From: a virus | Virus record (IMG/VR): IMGVR_UViG_3300028534_000014 | Span: 1 to 55,271 of that record | Strand: one strand, 5' to 3' | Length of the DNA stretch: 55,271 nucleotides | Shown: piece by piece, positions 49,721 through 55,271 of the stretch | Numbering within the stretch: position 1 is the first letter of the stretch | Layout: each line of letters begins with the position of its first letter | Position numbers and translations under genes: made by a program | Notes under the pieces: model-generated | The model's database searches: none | The model's input: only the letters and a program-made list of their open reading frames with translations | Told to the model about the DNA's origin: nothing

Positions 49721-50058
49721 AATACTTTTGTTTTTACTCTATCAAGAATACCTGGATTAGGTAATAGCAAACCTATTTGCTTATTTTCAAAGAAATTATA
49801 ACTAAATTTATCTGCAGTTAACATATCATTAATATCTCTGATAATTGGATGAAATACTTCGGGTATGTGAAAATTTAGAAGGATCTCTCTTACATTGCCT
49901 TCGTTTACATAAAGGTCTTTCGCATCAATGACGGCGAATGTGGAATTATCTTTAATATACTCTCTATACTCATTAATGATAGGAAGCATTTTGCTAGTAT
50001 CACTTTCATCATAACTTAAATAATCTTGTATCATAATGCACCTTTCCTTTCTATTCAT
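49699..50058 (-). CDS. Small LysM/T4 gp53-like baseplate protein
   Basis: EGN...IL....IP..FH.II..IN.M....F...LLLP pattern; the start may be the second Met. Confidence 0.5.
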   Translation of the reverse strand: MNRKERCIMIQDYLSYDESDTSKMLPIINEYREYIKDNSTFAVIDAKDLYVNEGNVREILLNFHIPEVFHPIIRDINDMLTADKFSYNFFENKQIGLLLPNPGILDRVKTKVLDRLALG

Positions 50059-50080
50059 AGAAACCTGTTTCTTTTTTTAT

Positions 50081-50111
50081 ACACATATTATTTAGTTAGT
50101 CCTAATGACTA
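50081..50111 (+). promoter_or_regulatory. Conserved promoter-plus-hairpin element, copy 4
   Basis: acacatattatttagttagtcctaatgacta. Confidence 0.75.
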
Positions 50112-50136
50112 GTATGAATTTAAAAAAGGAGAACTA

Positions 50137-52260
50137 ATGATAGATTTTGAAAAGCAATACCCTAATCTATTTAAACCTATATCTGAAGAGCATCAAGAAC
50201 TATTTGATGTTGATATAGATATCAGATTAATGGGCTCAAGTGCCAGCGCAATTGCCTGTAATGCTGACTCGCCATCTAGGCAGTTAATGAGAGATGGATT
50301 TAGATCGCAATATGTCCCTATAAATAATCCGGAACCCGCGATCTTTGTTACAGGCCAAGAGAAAGAGTTGTTAGAAGCTAACTTTCATAAAGTGCTACCG
50401 GCTAATTGTGAAGTCTATCGTACTATCGATTATAAAGTCAATGACATTATTATAGATACTATTATAGTCTATAAGCATAAAGGTAAAGCTAAATTTGGTA
50501 TGGTGAAAATTGCGCATTATGAGAAGAATGATAGCACATTCGGGTTTACACATACACCTACTAAGGTTATGGAAAATCTTGATGTAGGAGATATATTCCC
50601 TAAAGATACAAAGTTAACTACAACAAATTCAGAGGTGAATGGTCAGCTAGCTATGGGTAGACAACTTAACGTAGCATTTATTACTACAGCAGATAATGCT
50701 GAAGATCCTTTTGAGATAAGTGAGAGTGCGTGTAAGAAGTTTGCTTTTGATCTATATGAGAATAAATCGTTCTCATATGGTAGTAAAATAAAAGGTATGA
50801 ATGGTGTAGAGAAAACTAAATTGCCTAAAAACTTATATGGAGATGATAACGAATATAAAATCATACCTGATATTAATGAAAGATTAAGGGAAGATGGTGT
50901 TATAGCAGCTCTTTTTGAACTACATACTGACAACTATCTTATGAAGATGCATAAGAAGTTGTTACAACGCTACGATGATACTGATGAGATATACGAGAGT
51001 AAACATGGTAGAGGTGAAGTAGTTGATATTAGAGTTTACTTTAACCCTAGAAGACCTGGTAATAAAGGGCATAGCCAGGTGTATGAGCAGATAGAGAAGT
51101 ATTATCTAGCATTAAAATCTCAGAGGCAAGGCTTACTAAGAGCGGCTAATGAAATAGAAAGGGAGTATGATAATCCTGAGTTTGAGAATGAATTGCATGT
51201 AGAGATAGTTAACTCTGCACTAATTGAGAACCCTAAGACTAAGCCATTCTGGAATAGAGCGCCTATGGATTTATGGACTATAAATATAGTAATAAAGCAT
51301 ACGATTATACCTACTAATGGGTTTAAGTTTGCGACACTACATGGATCTAAAGGCATTGCTACTGTCAAACCTGATAAAGATATGCCTATTGATGCCAATG
51401 GTCTTAGAGCTGATATGACTATCGATGCCAATAGTATAGTGCATCGTATGAATATCGGTAATAAATATGAAGGTCTTTTTGGTGCTAACACAGCAGTTGT
51501 TAATAAAAGGGTATTAGATATGATAGATAATAGACCTATATCTAGTATACCAGAACAAGAGTTATGGGATATCTATAGGTATATCACTGGATATTTCAAA
51601 TTATTTGGGACTATGCAGTATGATATAATGCAGAGGACTATAGATAAAAAAGATACAAAAAGTATGTTAAAGTATCTGAGATATATAGCAAGTGGTAGAA
51701 CATTACAGTATTATCTACGTATGGATAATGAAAAACCTGTATCTTTAATAGCCAAAGATATATTATCATCAGAGTATCGTATGAAGTTTGGTTCGTTTAC
51801 ATTCGATACTGGCGAGCCCGATGACGTTACAGTACTACCAATGGCAATGGATAGTCTATATATACTTATGCTCTATAAGATAGGTAACACGTGGCTGGCT
51901 GTGAATTCTAATAGGATAAATCCTACAGGTATGCCGATTAGTGCGTCTAAACCTGTTAAAGATAGAATGAGTTATAGCGAGGTACCAGTTAAGTTTGTAT
52001 CCGAGCCTGACGGCGTGTATGGTATTACATACTGTAGCCCCGAGTATTACGCAGAGGTAAGAGATAGGACGTTAGCACCTAAGACTGCTAAACATATCTA
52101 TTATCAGTTGTTAACACACGAGACTCCTAGCAATATTGATAAGATCCTAGATAGAGATGAAATACCATTAGGCGGTGACTTGCCTTTAAATGCTTTTAAA
52201 GCCATTACAAAGAACTTCGGTGAGGAGCTAGTTATAAAGGAGGTAATAGATGAAGATTAA
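50137..52260 (+). CDS. rpoB: Non-virion RNA polymerase beta subunit, C-terminal part (phiKZ gp71/73-like), uninterrupted
   Basis: SPSR..M, TG.E, GRQLNVAF, EDPFEISES, GFKFATLHGSKG and RMNIG. Confidence 0.9.
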   Translation: MIDFEKQYPNLFKPISEEHQELFDVDIDIRLMGSSASAIACNADSPSRQLMRDGFRSQYVPINNPEPAIFVTGQEKELLEANFHKVLPANCEVYRTIDYKVNDIIIDTIIVYKHKGKAKFGMVKIAHYEKNDSTFGFTHTPTKVMENLDVGDIFPKDTKLTTTNSEVNGQLAMGRQLNVAFITTADNAEDPFEISESACKKFAFDLYENKSFSYGSKIKGMNGVEKTKLPKNLYGDDNEYKIIPDINERLREDGVIAALFELHTDNYLMKMHKKLLQRYDDTDEIYESKHGRGEVVDIRVYFNPRRPGNKGHSQVYEQIEKYYLALKSQRQGLLRAANEIEREYDNPEFENELHVEIVNSALIENPKTKPFWNRAPMDLWTINIVIKHTIIPTNGFKFATLHGSKGIATVKPDKDMPIDANGLRADMTIDANSIVHRMNIGNKYEGLFGANTAVVNKRVLDMIDNRPISSIPEQELWDIYRYITGYFKLFGTMQYDIMQRTIDKKDTKSMLKYLRYIASGRTLQYYLRMDNEKPVSLIAKDILSSEYRMKFGSFTFDTGEPDDVTVLPMAMDSLYILMLYKIGNTWLAVNSNRINPTGMPISASKPVKDRMSYSEVPVKFVSEPDGVYGITYCSPEYYAEVRDRTLAPKTAKHIYYQLLTHETPSNIDKILDRDEIPLGGDLPLNAFKAITKNFGEELVIKEVIDED

Positions 52261-54181
52261 ACCATATTCAGTGAAATTCGTAGGCGATGATAAAGTGTAT
52301 CTCCTTACCCCAATGGAGTATGCTATACAGCAGAGATGTCTCTCTATACTCCCAGAAGATATGCCTGTTGTGAAGAAGTATTTCATTAGAAGTTTTTACA
52401 CTAATGATGAATTTACTAATGATACAGTGACTCTATTGCTCGAGGCTATCCTAAAAGATTTAATCTTTAAGCATTATCATTATTATAGTAATAAGCCGTT
52501 TAAGTTAGATAGACTAAGAAGAAAAATCTATTCTATCTATAATGATATCTATAACGAGTTCGGTAGACGTAAACGTAAGTATACAGCAACTATCGGGTTA
52601 CCGGATATCTTAGACCTATTGCTAGATAAAGATAATTTAGATAATATACTTAGAGTTAAAAGAGAAGAGTCTCAAGAAGCTATTCAATATGCTTATGATA
52701 GCTTTAAAGAGATAGTAAGGAAACCTCAGTATAAACATAATACTATGGCTATCTCATATATATCTGGCACTATTAGTAGTAGACAGACAAATCAATGTTT
52801 AGTAGTACGTGGTAAGGTAGCAGACCTGGGTTCAGAGGTATTTAAGAAGCCTGTATTTCATAACTATGCTATCGGTATGAATACTATGTATAGTATAGCT
52901 GTCGATAGTAGGTCAGGGACTATAGCATTATTCTACTCTACGACATCTATCCAAGACGCAGAAACGCTTTCTAATAAGCTTAGAAAGGTTAGCAGTATCG
53001 TTAGTCACTTAGCCAATGACGACTGTGGCGCTACAGATGGGATAGAGATGACAATAGTCGGACCTGGTAAAGATGAGTATGGCGGGTGGTATGATGGTGA
53101 TTTAAAGAATCTCGTAGGCACTTCTTATAAACTAAATATAAATGATAACTGGGAGGTTATAAAAGGTAATGAGGATTTCCTAATTGGTAAAAAGGTGATA
53201 TTGAGAACAGCTCTATCGTGTAAACACCCAGATAGGACTACTATATGTAAACATTGTATAGGATATCAATCTTTTAACATACAACAATTTAATAACCCGG
53301 GGATGGCGATGATAGTTCCATTCACAGATGGACATAACCAGCGCTCATTATCAACTAAGCACTATACTGAAAGTGCTAAAATATTGAACATCAGATTAAG
53401 CCCAGAAGCTAGTGAATATTTCCAGATTAAAGAGGATATAGTCAAAATCAAGAAAGATAAACAGAAGAAAAGTAAATTGGTTATACCGCTGAGTGAGTTC
53501 TTTGGCATAAGCGAATTAGCTATAGCTAAAGATATAGATAGGTTAACGCCCAGTAGAGTAGCTATGATAAGAAATATGTATATAATCACTGCCGATGAAG
53601 CTTTAATAGATGTTAGTCTTGGTAAAGATGTTAAAAAAGCAATCCCTACTATAGAGTTTCTTAAATATATAGCTAAGGGACATTACACAATAAAAGACAA
53701 AGATGTCATCATTGATATAGATAAATGGAAGCATAGTCAGAGTATGCTGACTATACCGCCCATCACATTTGACAATGATTTATATAGCAAGACTGTAGAG
53801 AAATTTATTACTAACCCGAATGCCGCATTGAATACAAAGCTTATCAGTCCTAGTATGTTTCTAGAGAACTTATTTCGATTAGTAAACAGAAAGGCATCTG
53901 TGTCTATTGCAACACTATCTGTACTGGCTTATGTATTAACAGTTCGAGATGAGAAAGGGAAAGATTATAGATTAGCAAGAGGTGTTGAAACAGGGACTGT
54001 TGTGGGGATTGATAAGATTAATGATAATAGGTCACTATCAACAGTGTTCTCTGCACTAACAGTTAATAAACTGAATAGTTTGGGTACTATGGCTAGTAGT
54101 AAAAAAGAACCACATCCAATGGATGTTATCTTTGATCCAGTGACAGCTGTTAGATTATATAAAGAACAGAAAGGTAAGTGA
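52250..54181 (+). CDS. rpoC: Non-virion RNA polymerase beta' subunit, C-terminal part (phiKZ gp74-like)
   Basis: Q....RG, DDCG, R....C......IC..C.G zinc site and trigger loop QRSLSTKH. Confidence 0.9.
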   Translation: MKIKPYSVKFVGDDKVYLLTPMEYAIQQRCLSILPEDMPVVKKYFIRSFYTNDEFTNDTVTLLLEAILKDLIFKHYHYYSNKPFKLDRLRRKIYSIYNDIYNEFGRRKRKYTATIGLPDILDLLLDKDNLDNILRVKREESQEAIQYAYDSFKEIVRKPQYKHNTMAISYISGTISSRQTNQCLVVRGKVADLGSEVFKKPVFHNYAIGMNTMYSIAVDSRSGTIALFYSTTSIQDAETLSNKLRKVSSIVSHLANDDCGATDGIEMTIVGPGKDEYGGWYDGDLKNLVGTSYKLNINDNWEVIKGNEDFLIGKKVILRTALSCKHPDRTTICKHCIGYQSFNIQQFNNPGMAMIVPFTDGHNQRSLSTKHYTESAKILNIRLSPEASEYFQIKEDIVKIKKDKQKKSKLVIPLSEFFGISELAIAKDIDRLTPSRVAMIRNMYIITADEALIDVSLGKDVKKAIPTIEFLKYIAKGHYTIKDKDVIIDIDKWKHSQSMLTIPPITFDNDLYSKTVEKFITNPNAALNTKLISPSMFLENLFRLVNRKASVSIATLSVLAYVLTVRDEKGKDYRLARGVETGTVVGIDKINDNRSLSTVFSALTVNKLNSLGTMASSKKEPHPMDVIFDPVTAVRLYKEQKGK

Positions 54182-54182
54182 T

Positions 54183-54461
54183 ATGAGATATGTAGCAGGA
54201 GCTTATCCGCAAAATATACTCAGGATAATGTCTACATTATCCTGTAATATGATAGCTAAAATATCAAATAGACTAATTAATTATGGGATGCCAGGTATAA
54301 TATGTGGTAATACGTTAGATGGTAATAGCGGAAGAGGTATTCATCCAGACATAATGATTATGGATGATTTCGGATATAAACCGGTAATGTTTAAGACTAA
54401 ACCTTCAATACCAGTTCATATGGTAAATAAGAAAGATAAGGGAGGAGATTATGAGTTGTAG
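54183..54461 (+). CDS. Hypothetical small protein with a Walker-B-like motif
   Basis: 92 aa; GRGIHPDIMIMDD. Confidence 0.6.
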   Translation: MRYVAGAYPQNILRIMSTLSCNMIAKISNRLINYGMPGIICGNTLDGNSGRGIHPDIMIMDDFGYKPVMFKTKPSIPVHMVNKKDKGGDYEL

Positions 54462-54918
54462 TATATATAAAGAATATTCACCTATATGGGAGCAAGATAT
54501 AACTAAGATTGATAAAACGTTTATATTAACGACAATGGCTCTAATGTCGGCGTCACTGAAAAATAGAAAGACTCCATCGAGAGTATCTGAAAAATATAGC
54601 AGAAGTGAAGTTGAAGTCGAGAGATATAAAGATAAGGCAGTAGAGAAAAAATTACGTAAACGCGCTAAGAGGATTATTAATATTCTTAAGTCGCTTCATA
54701 CATCTAATGAATATGAGTGTATAAATTGTTTTGAGTTACATATATATGGCGATCATAAACTGAGTATAGAGAGTGTAATTATATTCCTAACAAGGGATAA
54801 TGAACTATTGGTGGATGAGAGTCTACGATACTTATTAACAATAGAAAATAAGCATGAACAACGCGTCCAGAAATTAATAGATGAGTTTAGTAATATTAAA
54901 GAGGAATTAATAGTCTAA
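54451..54918 (+). CDS. Hypothetical protein
   Basis: 155 aa with GGAGG RBS. Confidence 0.7.
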   Translation: MSCSIYKEYSPIWEQDITKIDKTFILTTMALMSASLKNRKTPSRVSEKYSRSEVEVERYKDKAVEKKLRKRAKRIINILKSLHTSNEYECINCFELHIYGDHKLSIESVIIFLTRDNELLVDESLRYLLTIENKHEQRVQKLIDEFSNIKEELIV

Positions 54919-54920
54919 CT

Positions 54921-54957
54921 AGTTAGCCAATTAGGCTAACTGGTACGGTATTTTTTA
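54921..54957 (+). terminator. Probable intrinsic terminator
   Basis: agttagcc-aatta-ggctaact followed by a T-tract. Confidence 0.6.
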
Positions 54958-55005
54958 TTACTCCCTATATTAATTGATGATGATAGACGTATGAAAGGAT
55001 ACTAA

Positions 55006-55271
55006 ATGAGTGTTGTAATAATAAAGAGAAACCAGAGTTTTATGGTAGTCTTACCGAAAGGAAAGTTCTTACCGCCAGCAATTATTAATAAGATGGTTAT
55101 TTATGATTTTAGATCTAAAGGCAAAGGCCAAAAGGCTATACCAACGATAAGGTTTAAGTTTTATGTATATAATGAAGTAGATAATAGTTATACCTTTCCT
55201 GATACTAGTAGAGATATATTAGAAAGTATTATTAAGATATACCCAAATGCTATCATTAGAGAAGATTATGA
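55006..55271 (+). CDS. 3'-truncated ORF; position of the phiKZ gp75-like SF2 helicase
   Basis: AAGGA RBS; MSVVIIKRNQSF... open to the window end; product inferred from synteny only. Confidence 0.6.
   Translation, partial: MSVVIIKRNQSFMVVLPKGKFLPPAIINKMVIYDFRSKGKGQKAIPTIRFKFYVYNEVDNSYTFPDTSRDILESIIKIYPNAIIREDY

Noticed and set aside
50137-52260. Intron or homing endonuclease in nvRNAP beta as in phiKZ gp71-73
   Set aside because: The ORF is continuous with all motifs and no extra segment
391-53589. Numerous 60-145 aa opposite-strand or nested ORFs in the track
   Set aside because: All lie within longer motif-supported genes and lack RBSs
1-55271. Stop-codon reassignment
   Set aside because: Standard code gives full-length genes at high density; TAA, TAG and TGA all end genes
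1-55271. tRNA, rRNA or large ncRNA genes
   Set aside because: Intergenic gaps are short and AT-rich; no cloverleaf or T-loop context seen by eye

Overview
AT-rich, gene-dense 55 kb segment of a phiKZ-like jumbo phage (probable nucleus-forming Chimalliviridae lineage). It carries the split family-B DNA polymerase exonuclease subunit, virion, head and baseplate genes, a RecA/UvsX recombinase, a virion RNAP beta C-terminal subunit, DnaB, the major capsid protein and SbcD. It also carries the block syntenic with phiKZ gp65-gp75 (gp66, ChmC/gp67, sigma-like gp68, PicA/gp69, gp70, nvRNAP beta and beta'). An accessory island (13.6-22.1 kb) holds NrdA with a 148-aa mini-intein, a guanylate-kinase fusion, and ThyX with a 332-aa LAGLIDADG intein and a zinc-ribbon insert. 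Both NrdA and ThyX carry Campylobacterota-type signatures, suggesting an epsilonproteobacterial host. Other patterns read from the sequence: a 4-copy promoter-plus-hairpin element in front of nucleus/nvRNAP genes, a TGAAT motif about 20-23 nt before many starts, about 14 near-loopless palindromes at gene ends, an [ED]-L-L-[STAG] motif where phiKZ head proteins have Glu cleavage sites, and an unannotated 29-aa membrane peptide. All phiKZ gp assignments come from remembered motifs and gene order, not from database searches. chmA (nuclear shell) and PhuZ are not in this window. No tRNA, rRNA or CRISPR was seen.
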